This document shows, one piece after another, positions 40,701 to 55,700 of a DNA stretch of 64,000 nucleotides. A program made the translations under genes and the position numbers. Each line of letters starts with the position of its first letter. Position 1 is the stretch's first letter. Below the pieces are notes generated by a model. The model ran no database searches and was not told the origin of the DNA. It was given only the letters and a program-made list of their open reading frames with translations. The stretch comes from Nitrosopumilus sp. (GTDB taxonomy: Archaea; Thermoproteota; Nitrososphaeria; Nitrososphaerales; Nitrosopumilaceae), in NCBI GenBank assembly GCA_965249555.1, contig OZ252243.1:640001-704000 (forward strand), read 5' to 3'.

Positions 40701-43700
40701 CCTCATCTAGTTCAACTCCTGCAAATGAGAAATTCCCTGAATCATCGGCAGTTGTCGTACCAGCTGGTGTCACCCCATTGAATAGTTGTATAGTTGCCCC
40801 GGCCTCAGTTGAAGTACCATCAATTGTGATTGGTGTAGAGCCAACAGTTGCAGGTGGCGTGGTAATTGCAGGAACTGGTGGCGGTGTGGTATCAGTTACT
40901 TTGTATGTTCTGGTTTTATCACCAGCCGGGTTTGTACCATCAGTTGAGGAATAAGTGATAGTGTAATCGCCTACTGTGCCAACATCAACAGTTCCAGATA
41001 TGGTGATTGGAGAGCCATCATCAGTTGATACTCCATCAAGAAGTACCGGTGCAGGTGAGTCTAGTTCAAGGGTGATCTCTTCTGGAGTTACTGTGATTAC
41101 CGGCGGCGTAACATCAGGTCCTACTGTTACAGTTTCAGTGATTGTTCTGCTTTGTTCATTGTTGTCAGTTACGGTGTAAGTTACAGCATATTCTCCAGAA
41201 GCGTTGACATTGACTGTTTTGCCGCCAACCATACCAGGTGCAGTTCCTGAGATATCAAATGCATTGGCAATCGTACCTTGGGCGTATGTTCCGCCAAATG
41301 GCACTGTAGTGGAATAGTCATCTGTGTTACCATCAACATCAAAGGTTGGCGGTGTGGTATCAGATACGGTAATTACAATTGATTGTTGGTCCGGTGTGTT
41401 GCCTGCCGCATCATCTGGCGCATCATACAATACGGTGTAAACTCCTATACTGCTGGTGTCAGGCGTATCACCAGAGGGTGTTGCCGTTTCAGAGTAATCT
41501 GGGTCATTATCAGTTACGGTGCCGCCTTGTTCTGTGTAGGTGTCAGTTGCAGTCAACTCTATTGTTGTATCAGATCCTGTTGGTGTGATTACTGGCGGCG
41601 TAACATCAGGTCCTACTGTTACAGTTTCAGTGATTGTTCTGCTTTGTTCATTGTTGTCAGTTACGGTGTAAGTTACAGCATATTCTCCAGAAGCGTTGAC
41701 ATTGACTGTTTTGCCGCCAACTGTACTGGATTTAATTCCTGAGATATCAGATGCATTGGCAATCGTACCTTGGGTGTATGTTCCGCCAAATGGCACTGTA
41801 GTGGAATAGTCATCTGTGTTACCATCAACATCAAAGGTTGGCGGTGTGGTATCAGATACGGTAATTACAATTGATTGTTGGTCCGGTGTGTTGCCTGCCG
41901 CATCATCTGGCGCATCATACAATACGGTGTAAACTCCTATACTGCTGGTGTCAGGCGTATCACCAGAGGGTGTTGCCGTTTCAGAGTAATCTGGGTCATT
42001 ATCAGTTACGGTGCCGCCTTGTTCTGTGTAGGTGTCAGTTGCAGTCAACTCTATTGTTGTATCAGATCCTGTTGGTGTGATTACTGGTGGTATAGTGTCA
42101 AGTGTGATGAGTACTGCTGGTGATGGATCAGATGTGTTGACTCCATCAGTTGCTCTTGCAGTAAATGAGTTGCCACCCTCATCTAGTTCAACTCCTGCAA
42201 ATGAGAAATTCCCCGAATCATCGGCAGTTGTCGTACCAGCTGGTGTCACCCCATTGAATAGTTGTATAGTTGCCCCGGCCTCAGTTGAAGTACCATCAAT
42301 TGTGATTGGTGTAGAGCCAACAGTTGCAGGTGGCGTGGTAATTGCAGGAACTGGTGGCGGTGTGGTATCAGTTACTTTGTATGTTCTGGTTTTATCACCA
42401 GCCGGGTTTGTACCATCAGTTGAGGAATAAGTGATAGTGTAATCGCCTACTGTGCCAACATCAACAGTTCCAGATATGGTGATTGGGGAGCCATCATCAG
42501 TTGATACTCCATCAAGAAGTACCGGTGCAGGTGAGTCTAGTTCAAGGGTGATCTCTTCTGGAGTTACTGTGATTACCGGCGGCGTAACATCAGGTCCTAC
42601 TGTTACAGTTTGAGTGATTGTTCTGCTTTGTTCATTGTTGTCAGTTACGGTGTAAGTTACAGCATATTCTCCAGAAGCGTTGACATTGACTGTTTTGCCG
42701 CCAACCATACCAGGTGCAGTTCCTGAGATATCAAATGCATTGGCAATCGTACCTTGGGCGTATGTTCCGCCAAATGGCACTGTAGTGGAATAGTCATCTG
42801 TGTTACCATCAACATCAAAGGTTGGCGGTGTGGTATCAGATACGGTAATTACAATTGATTGTTGGTCCGGTGTGTTGCCTGCCGCATCATCTGGCGCATC
42901 ATACAATACGGTGTAAACTCCTATACTGCTGGTGTCAGGCGTATCACCAGAGGGTGTTGCCGTTTCAGAGTAATCTGGGTCATTATCAGTTACGGTGCCG
43001 CCTTGTTCTGTGTAGGTGTCAGTTGCAGTCAACTCTATTGTTGTATCAGATCCTGTTGGTGTGATTACTGGCGGCGTAACATCAGGTCCTACTGTTACAG
43101 TTTCAGTGATTGTTCTGCTTTGTTCATTGTTGTCAGTTACGGTGTAAGTTACAGCATATTCTCCAGAAGCGTTGACATTGACTGTTTTGCCGCCAACTGT
43201 ACTGGATTTAATTCCTGAGATATCAGATTGATTGTTAATTACACCTGGGGTGTATGTTCCGCCAAATGGCACTGTAGTGGAATAGTCATCTGTGTTACCA
43301 TCAACATCAAAGGTTGGCGGTGTGGTATCAGATACGGTAATTACAATTGATTGTTGGTCCGGTGTGTTGCCTGCCGCATCATCTGGCGCATCATACAATA
43401 CGGTGTAAACTCCTATACTGCTGGTGTCAGGCGTATCACCAGAGGGTGTTGCCGTTTCAGAGTAATCTGGGTCATTATCAGTTACGGTGCCGCCTTGTTC
43501 TGTGTAGGTGTCAGTTGCAGTCAACTCTATTGTTGTATCAGATCCTGTTGGTGTGATTACTGGTGGTATAGTGTCAAGTGTGATGAGTACTGCTGGTGAT
43601 GGATCAGATGTGTTGACTCCATCAGTTGCTCTTGCAGTAAATGAGTTGCCACCCTCATCTAGTTCAACTCCTGCAAATGAGAAATTCCCTGAATCATCGG

Positions 43701-46700
43701 CAGTTGTCGTACCAGCTGGTGTCACCCCATTGAATAGTTGTATAGTTGCCCCGGCCTCAGTTGAAGTACCATCAATTGTGATTGGTGTAGAGCCAACAGT
43801 TGCAGGTGGCGTGGTAATTGCAGGAACTGGTGGCGGTGTGGTATCAGTTACTTTGTATGTTCTGGTTTTATCACCAGCCGGGTTTGTACCATCAGTTGAG
43901 GAATAAGTGATAGTGTAATCGCCTACTGTGCCAACATCAACAGTTCCAGATATGGTGATTGGAGAGCCATCATCAGTTGATACTCCATCAAGAAGTACCG
44001 GTGCAGGTGAGTCTAGTTCAAGGGTGATCTCTTCTGGAGTTACTGTGATTACCGGCGGCGTAACATCAGGTCCTACTGTTACAGTTTCAGTGATTGTTCT
44101 GCTTTGTTCATTGTTGTCAGTTACGGTGTAAGTTACAGCATATTCTCCAGAAGCGTTGACATTGACTGTTTTGCCGCCAACCATACCAGGTGCAGTTCCT
44201 GAGATATCAAATGCATTGGCAATCGTACCTTGGGTGTATGTTCCGCCAAATGGCACTGTAGTGGAATAGTCATCTGTGTTACCATCAACATCAAAGGTTG
44301 GCGGTGTGGTATCAGATACAGTAATTACAATTGATTGTTGGTCCGGTGTGTTGCCTGCCGCATCATCTGGCGCATCATACAATACGGTGTAAACTCCTAT
44401 ACTGCTGGTGTCAGGCGTATCACCAGAGGGTGTTGCCGTTTCAGAGTAATCTGGGTCATTATCAGTTACGGTGCCGCCTTGTTCTGTGTAGGTGTCAGTT
44501 GCAGTCAACTCTATTGTTGTATCAGATCCTGTTGGTGTGATTACTGGCGGCGTAACATCAGGTCCTACTGTTACAGTTTCAGTGATTGTTCTGCTTTGTT
44601 CATTGTTGTCAGTTACGGTGTAAGTTACAGCATATTCTCCAGAAGCGTTGACATTGACTGTTTTGCCGCCAACTGTACTGGATTTAATTCCTGAGATATC
44701 AGATGCATTGGCAATCGTACCTTGGGTGTATGTTCCGCCAAATGGCACTGTAGTGGAATAGTCATCTGTGTTACCATCAACATCAAAGGTTGGCGGTGTG
44801 GTATCAGATACGGTAATTACAATTGATTGTTGGTCCGGTGTGTTGCCTGCCGCATCATCTGGCGCATCATACAATACGGTGTAAACTCCTATACTACTGG
44901 TGTCAGGTGTATCACCAGAGGGTGTTGCCGTTTCAGAGTAATCTGGGTCATTATCAGTTACGGTGCCGCCTTGTTCTGTGTAGGTGTCAGTTGCAGTCAA
45001 CTCTATTGTTGTATCAGATCCTGTTGGTGTGATTACTGGTGGTATAGTGTCAAGTGTGATGAGTACTGCTGGTGATGGATCAGATGTGTTGACTCCATCA
45101 GTTGCTCTTGCAGTAAATGAGTTGCCACCCTCATCTAGTTCAACTCCTGCAAATGAGAAATTCCCTGAATCATCGGCAGTTGTCGTACCAGCTGGTGTCA
45201 CCCCATTGAATAGTTGTATAGTTGCCCCGGCCTCAGTTGAAGTACCATCAATTGTGATTGGTGTAGAGCCAACAGTTGCAGGTGGCGTGGTAATTGCAGG
45301 AACTGGTGGCGGTGTGGTATCAGTTACTTTGTATGTTCTGGTTTTATCACCAGCCGGGTTTGTACCATCAGTTGAGGAATAAGTGATAGTGTAATCGCCT
45401 ACTGTGCCAACATCAACAGTTCCAGATATGGTGATTGGGGAGCCATCATCAGTTGATACTCCATCAAGAAGTACCGGTGCAGGTGAGTCTAGTTCAAGGG
45501 TGATCTCTTCTGGAGTTACTGTGATTACCGGCGGCGTAACATCAGGTCCTACTGTTACAGTTTCAGTGATTGTTCTGCTTTGTTCATTGTTGTCAGTTAC
45601 GGTGTAAGTTACAGCATATTCTCCAGAAGCGTTGACATTGACTGTTTTGCCGCCAACCATACCAGGTGCAGTTCCTGAGATATCAAATGCATTGGCAATC
45701 GTACCTTGGGCGTATGTTCCGCCAAATGGCACTGTAGTGGAATAGTCATCCGTGTTACCATCAACGTCAAAGGTTGGCGGTGTGGTATCAGATACGGTAA
45801 TTACAATTGATTGTTGGTCCGGTGTGTTGCCTGCCGCATCATCTGGCGCATCATACAATACGGTGTAGACTCCTATACTACTGGTGTCAGGCGTATCACC
45901 AGAGGGTGTTGCCGTTTCAGAGTAATCTGGGTCATTATCAGTTACGGTGCCGCCTTGTTCTGTGTAGGTGTCAGTTGCAGTCAACTCTATTGTTGTATCA
46001 GATCCTGTTGGTGTGATTACCGGCGGCGTAACATCAGGTCCTACTGTTACAGTTTCAGTGATTGTTCTGCTTTGTTCATTGTTGTCAGTTACGGTGTAAG
46101 TTACAGCATATTCTCCAGAAGCGTTGACATTGACTGTTTTGCCGCCAACTGTACTGGATTTAATTCCTGAGATATCAGATTGATTGTTAATTACACCTGG
46201 GGCGTATGTTCCGCCAAATGGCACTGTAGTGGAATAGTCATCTGTGTTACCATCAACATCAAAGGTTGGCGGTGTGGTATCAGATACGGTAATTACAATT
46301 GATTGTTGGTCCGGTGTGTTGCCTGCCGCATCATCTGGCGCATCATACAATACGGTGTAAACTCCTATACTACTGGTGTCAGGCGTATCACCAGAGGGTG
46401 TTGCCGTTTCAGAGTAATCTGGGTCATTATCAGTTACGGTGCCGCCTTGTTCTGTGTAGGTGTCAGTTGCAGTCAACTCTATTGTTGTATCAGATCCTGT
46501 TGGTGTGATTACTGGTGGTATAGTGTCAAGTGTGATGAGTACTGCTGGTGATGGATCAGATGTGTTGACTCCATCAGTTGCTCTTGCAGTAAATGAGTTG
46601 CCACCCTCATCTAGTTCAACTCCTGCAAATGAGAAATTCCCCGAATCATCGGCAGTTGTCGTACCAGCTGGTGTCACCCCATTGAATAGTTGTATAGTTG

Positions 46701-49700
46701 CCCCGGCCTCAGTTGAAGTACCATCAATTGTGATTGGTGTAGAGCCAACAGTTGCAGGTGGCGTGGTAATTGCAGGAACTGGTGGCGGTGTGGTATCAGT
46801 TACTTTGTATGTTCTGGTTTTATCACCAGCCGGGTTTGTACCATCAGTTGAGGAATAAGTGATAGTGTAATCGCCTACTGTGCCAACATCAACAGTTCCA
46901 GATATGGTGATTGGAGAGCCATCATCAGTTGATACTCCATCAAGAAGTACCGGTGCAGGTGAGTCTAGTTCAAGGGTGATCTCTTCTGGAGTTACTGTGA
47001 TTACCGGCGGCGTAACATCAGGTCCTACTGTTACAGTTTCAGTGATTGTTCTGCTTTGTTCATTGTTGTCAGTTACGGTGTAAGTTACAGCATATTCTCC
47101 AGAAGCGTTGACATTGACTGTTTTGCCGCCAACCATACCAGGTGCAGTTCCTGAGATATCAAATGCATTGGCAATCGTACCTTGGGCGTATGTTCCGCCA
47201 AATGGCACTGTAGTGGAATAGTCATCTGTGTTACCATCAACATCAAAGGTTGGCGGTGTGGTATCAGATACGGTAATTACAATTGATTGTTGGTCCGGTG
47301 TGTTGCCTGCCGCATCATCTGGCGCATCATACAATACGGTGTAGACTCCTATACTGCTGGTGTCAGGCGTATCACCAGAGGGTGTTGCCGTTTCAGAGTA
47401 ATCTGGGTCATTATCAGTTACGGTGCCGCCTTGTTCTGTGTAGGTGTCAGTTGCAGTCAACTCTATTGTTGTATCAGATCCTGTTGGTGTGATTACTGGC
47501 GGCGTAACATCAGGTCCTACTGTTACAGTTTCAGTGATTGTTCTGCTTTGTTCATTGTTGTCAGTTACGGTGTAAGTTACAGCATATTCTCCAGAAGCGT
47601 TGACATTGACTGTTTTGCCGCCAACTGTACTGGATTTAATTCCTGAGATATCAGATGCATTGGCAATCGTACCTTGGGTGTATGTTCCGCCAAATGGCAC
47701 TGTAGTGGAATAGTCATCTGTGTTACCATCAACATCAAAGGTTGGCGGTGTGGTATCAGATACGGTAATTACAATTGATTGTTGGTCCGGTGTGTTGCCT
47801 GCCGCATCATCTGGCGCATCATACAATACGGTGTAAACTCCTATACTGCTGGTGTCAGGCGTATCACCAGAGGGTGTTGCCGTTTCAGAGTAATCTGGGT
47901 CATTATCAGTTACGGTGCCGCCTTGTTCTGTGTAGGTGTCAGTTGCAGTCAACTCTATTGTTGTATCAGATCCTGTTGGTGTGATTACTGGTGGTATAGT
48001 GTCAAGTGTGATGAGTACTGCTGGTGATGGATCAGATGTGTTGACTCCATCAGTTGCTCTTGCAGTAAATGAGTTGCCACCCTCATCTAGTTCAACTCCT
48101 GCAAATGAGAAATTCCCCGAATCATCGGCAGTTGTCGTACCAGCTGGTGTCACCCCATTGAATAGTTGTATAGTTGCCCCGGCCTCAGTTGAAGTACCAT
48201 CAATTGTGATTGGTGTAGAGCCAACAGTTGCAGGTGGCGTGGTAATTGCAGGAACTGGTGGCGGTGTGGTATCAGTTACTTTGTATGTTCTGGTTTTATC
48301 ACCAGCCGGGTTTGTACCATCAGTTGAGGAATAAGTGATAGTGTAATCGCCTACTGTGCCAACATCAACAGTTCCAGATATGGTGATTGGAGAGCCATCA
48401 TCAGTTGATACTCCATCAAGAAGTACCGGTGCAGGTGAGTCTAGTTCAAGGGTGATCTCTTCTGGAGTTACTGTGATTACCGGCGGCGTAACATCAGGTC
48501 CTACTGTTACAGTTTCAGTGATTGTTCTGCTTTGTTCATTGTTGTCAGTTACGGTGTAAGTTACAGCATATTCTCCAGAAGCGTTGACATTGACTGTTTT
48601 GCCGCCAACCATACCAGGTGCAGTTCCTGAGATATCAAATGCATTGGCAATCGTACCTTGGGTGTATGTTCCGCCAAATGGCACTGTAGTGGAATAGTCA
48701 TCTGTGTTACCATCAACATCAAAGGTTGGCGGTGTGGTATCAGATACGGTAATTACAATTGATTGTTGGTCCGGTGTGTTGCCTGCCGCATCATCTGGCG
48801 CATCATACAATACGGTGTAAACTCCTATACTGCTGGTGTCAGGCGTATCACCAGAGGGTGTTGCCGTTTCAGAGTAATCTGGGTCATTATCAGTTACGGT
48901 GCCGCCTTGTTCTGTGTAGGTGTCAGTTGCAGTCAACTCTATTGTTGTATCAGATCCTGTTGGTGTGATTACTGGCGGCGTAACATCAGGTCCTACTGTT
49001 ACAGTTTCAGTGATTGTTCTGCTTTGTTCATTGTTGTCAGTTACGGTGTAAGTTACAGCATATTCTCCAGAAGCGTTGACATTGACTGTTTTGCCGCCAA
49101 CTGTACTGGATTTAATTCCTGAGATATCAGATGCATTGGCAATCGTACCTTGGGTGTATGTTCCGCCAAATGGCACTGTAGTGGAATAGTCATCTGTGTT
49201 ACCATCAACATCAAAGGTTGGCGGTGTGGTATCAGATACGGTAATTACAATTGATTGTTGGTCCGGTGTGTTGCCTGCCGCATCATCTGGCGCATCATAC
49301 AATACGGTGTAAACTCCTATACTACTGGTGTCAGGTGTATCACCAGAGGGTGTTGCCGTTTCAGAGTAATCTGGGTCATTATCAGTTACGGTGCCGCCTT
49401 GTTCTGTGTAGGTGTCAGTTGCAGTCAACTCTATTGTTGTATCAGATCCTGTTGGTGTGATTACTGGTGGTATAGTGTCAAGTGTGATGAGTACTGCTGG
49501 TGATGGATCAGATGTGTTGACTCCATCAGTTGCTCTTGCAGTAAATGAGTTGCCACCCTCATCTAGTTCAACTCCTGCAAATGAGAAATTCCCTGAATCA
49601 TCGGCAGTTGTCGTACCAGCTGGTGTCACCCCATTGAATAGTTGTATAGTTGCCCCGGCCTCAGTTGAAGTACCATCAATTGTGATTGGTGTAGAGCCAA

Positions 49701-52700
49701 CAGTTGCAGGTGGCGTGGTAATTGCAGGAACTGGTGGCGGTGTGGTATCAGTTACTTTGTATGTTCTGGTTTTATCACCAGCCGGGTTTGTACCATCAGT
49801 TGAGGAATAAGTGATAGTGTAATCGCCTACTGTGCCAACATCAACAGTTCCAGATATGGTGATTGGGGAGCCATCATCAGTTGATACTCCATCAAGAAGT
49901 ACCGGTGCAGGTGAGTCTAGTTCAAGGGTGATCTCTTCTGGAGTTACTGTGATTACCGGCGGCGTAACATCAGGTCCTACTGTTACAGTTTCAGTGATTG
50001 TTCTGCTTTGTTCATTGTTGTCAGTTACGGTGTAAGTTACAGCATATTCTCCAGAAGCGTTGACATTGACTGTTTTGCCGCCAACCATACCAGGTGCAGT
50101 TCCTGAGATATCAAATGCATTGGCAATCGTACCTTGGGCGTATGTTCCGCCAAATGGCACTGTAGTGGAATAGTCATCTGTGTTACCATCAACATCAAAG
50201 GTTGGCGGTGTGGTATCAGATACGGTAATTACAATTGATTGTTGGTCCGGTGTGTTGCCTGCCGCATCATCTGGCGCATCATACAATACGGTGTAGACTC
50301 CTATACTGCTGGTGTCAGGCGTATCACCAGAGGGTGTTGCCGTTTCAGAGTAATCTGGGTCATTATCAGTTACGGTGCCGCCTTGTTCTGTGTAGGTGTC
50401 AGTTGCAGTCAACTCTATTGTTGTATCAGATCCTGTTGGTGTGATTACTGGCGGCGTAACATCAGGTCCTACTGTTACAGTTTCAGTGATTGTTCTGCTT
50501 TGTTCATTGTTGTCAGTTACGGTGTAAGTTACAGCATATTCTCCAGAAGCGTTGACATTGACTGTTTTGCCGCCAACTGTACTGGATTTAATTCCTGAGA
50601 TATCAGATGCATTGGCAATCGTACCTTGGGTGTATGTTCCGCCAAATGGCACTGTAGTGGAATAGTCATCTGTGTTACCATCAACATCAAAGGTTGGCGG
50701 TGTGGTATCAGATACGGTAATTACAATTGATTGTTGGTCCGGTGTGTTGCCTGCCGCATCATCTGGCGCATCATACAATACGGTGTAAACTCCTATACTA
50801 CTGGTGTCAGGCGTATCACCAGAGGGTGTTGCCGTTTCAGAGTAATCTGGGTCATTATCAGTTACGGTGCCGCCTTGTTCTGTGTAGGTGTCAGTTGCAG
50901 TCAACTCTATTGTTGTATCAGATCCTGTTGGTGTGATTACTGGTGGTATAGTGTCAAGTGTGATGAGTACTGCTGGTGATGGATCAGATGTGTTGACTCC
51001 ATCAGTTGCTCTTGCAGTAAATGAGTTGCCACCCTCATCTAGTTCAACTCCTGCAAATGAGAAATTCCCTGAATCATCGGCAGTTGTCGTACCAGCTGGT
51101 GTCACCCCATTGAATAGTTGTATAGTTGCCCCGGCCTCAGTTGAAGTACCATCAATTGTGATTGGTGTAGAGCCAACAGTTGCAGGTGGCGTGGTAATTG
51201 CAGGAACTGGTGGCGGTGTGGTATCAGTTACTTTGTATGTTCTGGTTTTATCACCAGCCGGGTTTGTACCATCAGTTGAGGAATAAGTGATAGTGTAATC
51301 GCCTACTGTGCCAACATCAACAGTTCCAGATATGGTGATTGGAGAGCCATCATCAGTTGATACTCCATCAAGAAGTACCGGTGCAGGTGAGTCTAGTTCA
51401 AGGGTGATCTCTTCTGGAGTTACTGTGATTACCGGCGGCGTAACATCAGGTCCTACTGTTACAGTTTCAGTGATTGTTCTGCTTTGTTCATTGTTGTCAG
51501 TTACGGTGTAAGTTACAGCATATTCTCCAGAAGCGTTGACATTGACTGTTTTGCCGCCAACCATACCAGGTGCAGTTCCTGAGATATCAAATGCATTGGC
51601 AATCGTACCTTGGGCGTATGTTCCGCCAAATGGCACTGTAGTGGAATAGTCATCTGTGTTACCATCAACATCAAAGGTTGGCGGTGTGGTATCAGATACG
51701 GTAATTACAATTGATTGTTGGTCCGGTGTGTTGCCTGCCGCATCATCTGGCGCATCATACAATACGGTGTAAACTCCTATACTGCTGGTGTCAGGCGTAT
51801 CACCAGAGGGTGTTGCCGTTTCAGAGTAATCTGGGTCATTATCAGTTACGGTGCCGCCTTGTTCTGTGTAGGTGTCAGTTGCAGTCAACTCTATTGTTGT
51901 ATCAGATCCTGTTGGTGTGATTACTGGCGGCGTAACATCAGGTCCTACTGTTACAGTTTCAGTGATTGTTCTGCTTTGTTCATTGTTGTCAGTTACGGTG
52001 TAAGTTACAGCATATTCTCCAGAAGCGTTGACATTGACTGTTTTGCCGCCAACTGTACTGGATTTAATTCCTGAGATATCAGATGCATTGGCAATCGTAC
52101 CTTGGGTGTATGTTCCGCCAAATGGCACTGTAGTGGAATAGTCATCTGTGTTACCATCAACATCAAAGGTTGGCGGTGTGGTATCAGATACGGTAATTAC
52201 AATTGATTGTTGGTCCGGTGTGTTGCCTGCCGCATCATCTGGCGCATCATACAATACGGTGTAAACTCCTATACTGCTGGTGTCAGGCGTATCACCAGAG
52301 GGTGTTGCCGTTTCAGAGTAATCTGGGTCATTATCAGTTACGGTGCCGCCTTGTTCTGTGTAGGTGTCAGTTGCAGTCAACTCTATTGTTGTATCAGATC
52401 CTGTTGGTGTGATTACTGGTGGTATAGTGTCAAGTGTGATGAGTACTGCTGGTGATGGATCAGATGTGTTGACTCCATCAGTTGCTCTTGCAGTAAATGA
52501 GTTGCCACCCTCATCTAGTTCAACTCCTGCAAATGAGAAATTCCCCGAATCATCGGCAGTTGTCGTACCAGCTGGTGTCACCCCATTGAATAGTTGTATA
52601 GTTGCCCCGGCCTCAGTTGAAGTACCATCAATTGTGATTGGTGTAGAGCCAACAGTTGCAGGTGGCGTGGTAATTGCAGGAACTGGTGGCGGTGTGGTAT

Positions 52701-55700
52701 CAGTTACTTTGTATGTTCTGGTTTTATCACCAGCCGGGTTTGTACCATCAGTTGAGGAATAAGTGATAGTGTAATCGCCTACTGTGCCAACATCAACAGT
52801 TCCAGATATGGTGATTGGAGAGCCATCATCAGTTGATACTCCATCAAGAAGTACCGGTGCAGGTGAGTCTAGTTCAAGGGTGATCTCTTCTGGAGTTACT
52901 GTGATTACCGGCGGCGTAACATCAGGTCCTACTGTTACAGTTTCAGTGATTGTTCTGCTTTGTTCATTGTTGTCAGTTACGGTGTAAGTTACAGCATATT
53001 CTCCAGAAGCGTTGACATTGACTGTTTTGCCGCCAACCATACCAGGTGCAGTTCCTGAGATATCAAATGCATTGGCAATCGTACCTTGGGTGTATGTTCC
53101 GCCAAATGGCACTGTAGTGGAATAGTCATCTGTGTTACCATCAACATCAAAGGTTGGCGGTGTGGTATCAGATACGGTAATTACAATTGATTGTTGGTCC
53201 GGTGTGTTGCCTGCCGCATCATCTGGCGCATCATACAATACGGTGTAAACTCCTATACTGCTGGTGTCAGGCGTATCACCAGAGGGTGTTGCCGTTTCAG
53301 AGTAATCTGGGTCATTATCAGTTACGGTGCCGCCTTGTTCTGTGTAGGTGTCAGTTGCAGTCAACTCTATTGTTGTATCAGATCCTGTTGGTGTGATTAC
53401 TGGCGGCGTAACATCAGGTCCTACTGTTACAGTTTCAGTGATTGTTCTGCTTTGTTCATTGTTGTCAGTTACGGTGTAAGTTACAGCATATTCTCCAGAA
53501 GCGTTGACATTGACTGTTTTGCCGCCAACTGTACTGGATTTAATTCCTGAGATATCAGATGCATTGGCAATCGTACCTTGGGTGTATGTTCCGCCAAATG
53601 GCACTGTAGTGGAATAGTCATCTGTGTTACCATCAACATCAAAGGTTGGCGGTGTGGTATCAGATACGGTAATTACAATTGATTGTTGGTCCGGTGTGTT
53701 GCCTGCCGCATCATCTGGCGCATCATACAATACGGTGTAAACTCCTATACTACTGGTGTCAGGTGTATCACCAGAGGGTGTTGCCGTTTCAGAGTAATCT
53801 GGGTCATTATCAGTTACGGTGCCGCCTTGTTCTGTGTAGGTGTCAGTTGCAGTCAACTCTATTGTTGTATCAGATCCTGTTGGTGTGATTACTGGTGGTA
53901 TAGTGTCAAGTGTGATGAGTACTGCTGGTGATGGATCAGATGTGTTGACTCCATCAGTTGCTCTTGCAGTAAATGAGTTGCCACCCTCATCTAGTTCAAC
54001 TCCTGCAAATGAGAAATTCCCTGAATCATCGGCAGTTGTCGTACCAGCTGGTGTCACCCCATTGAATAGTTGTATAGTTGCCCCGGCCTCAGTTGAAGTA
54101 CCATCAATTGTGATTGGTGTAGAGCCAACAGTTGCAGGTGGCGTGGTAATTGCAGGAACTGGTGGCGGTGTGGTATCAGTTACTTTGTATGTTCTGGTTT
54201 TATCACCAGCCGGGTTTGTACCATCAGTTGAGGAATAAGTGATAGTGTAATCGCCTACTGTGCCAACATCAACAGTTCCAGATATGGTGATTGGGGAGCC
54301 ATCATCAGTTGATACTCCATCAAGAAGTACCGGTGCAGGTGAGTCTAGTTCAAGGGTGATCTCTTCTGGAGTTACTGTGATTACCGGCGGCGTAACATCA
54401 GGTCCTACTGTTACAGTTTCAGTGATTGTTCTGCTTTGTTCATTGTTGTCAGTTACGGTGTAAGTTACAGCATATTCTCCAGAAGCGTTGACATTGACTG
54501 TTTTGCCGCCAACCATACCAGGTGCAGTTCCTGAGATATCAAATGCATTGGCAATCGTACCTTGGGTGTATGTTCCGCCAAATGGCACTGTAGTGGAATA
54601 GTCATCTGTGTTACCATCAACATCAAAGGTTGGCGGTGTGGTATCAGATACGGTAATTACAATTGATTGTTGGTCCGGTGTGTTGCCTGCCGCATCATCT
54701 GGCGCATCATACAATACGGTGTAAACTCCTATACTGCTGGTGTCAGGCGTATCACCAGAGGGTGTTGCCGTTTCAGAGTAATCTGGGTCATTATCAGTTA
54801 CGGTGCCGCCTTGTTCTGTGTAGGTGTCAGTTGCAGTCAACTCTATTGTTGTATCAGATCCTGTTGGTGTGATTACTGGCGGCGTAACATCAGGTCCTAC
54901 TGTTACAGTTTCAGTGATTGTTCTGCTTTGTTCATTGTTGTCAGTTACGGTGTAAGTTACAGCATATTCTCCAGAAGCGTTGACATTGACTGTTTTGCCG
55001 CCAACTGTACTGGATTTAATTCCTGAGATATCAGATGCATTGGCAATCGTACCTTGGGTGTATGTTCCGCCAAATGGCACTGTAGTGGAATAGTCATCTG
55101 TGTTACCATCAACATCAAAGGTTGGCGGTGTGGTATCAGATACGGTAATTACAATTGATTGTTGGTCCGGTGTGTTGCCTGCCGCATCATCTGGCGCATC
55201 ATACAATACGGTGTAAACTCCTATACTGCTGGTGTCAGGCGTATCACCAGAGGGTGTTGCCGTTTCAGAGTAATCTGGGTCATTATCAGTTACGGTGCCG
55301 CCTTGTTCTGTGTAGGTGTCAGTTGCAGTCAACTCTATTGTTGTATCAGATCCTGTTGGTGTGATTACTGGTGGTATAGTGTCAAGTGTGATGAGTACTG
55401 CTGGTGATGGATCAGATGTGTTGACTCCATCAGTTGCTCTTGCAGTAAATGAGTTGCCACCCTCATCTAGTTCAACTCCTGCAAATGAGAAATTCCCTGA
55501 ATCATCGGCAGTTGTCGTACCAGCTGGTGTCACCCCATTGAATAGTTGTATAGTTGCCCCGGCCTCAGTTGAAGTACCATCAATTGTGATTGGTGTAGAG
55601 CCAACAGTTGCAGGTGGCGTGGTAATTGCAGGAACTGGTGGCGGTGTGGTATCAGTTACTTTGTATGTTCTGGTTTTATCACCAGCCGGGTTTGTACCAT

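Noticed and set aside
40773-40782. CCCCATTGAA in every A module, matching the CRISPR repeat 3' end
   Set aside because: Dictated by codons for LFNGV; no hairpin and no spacer geometry
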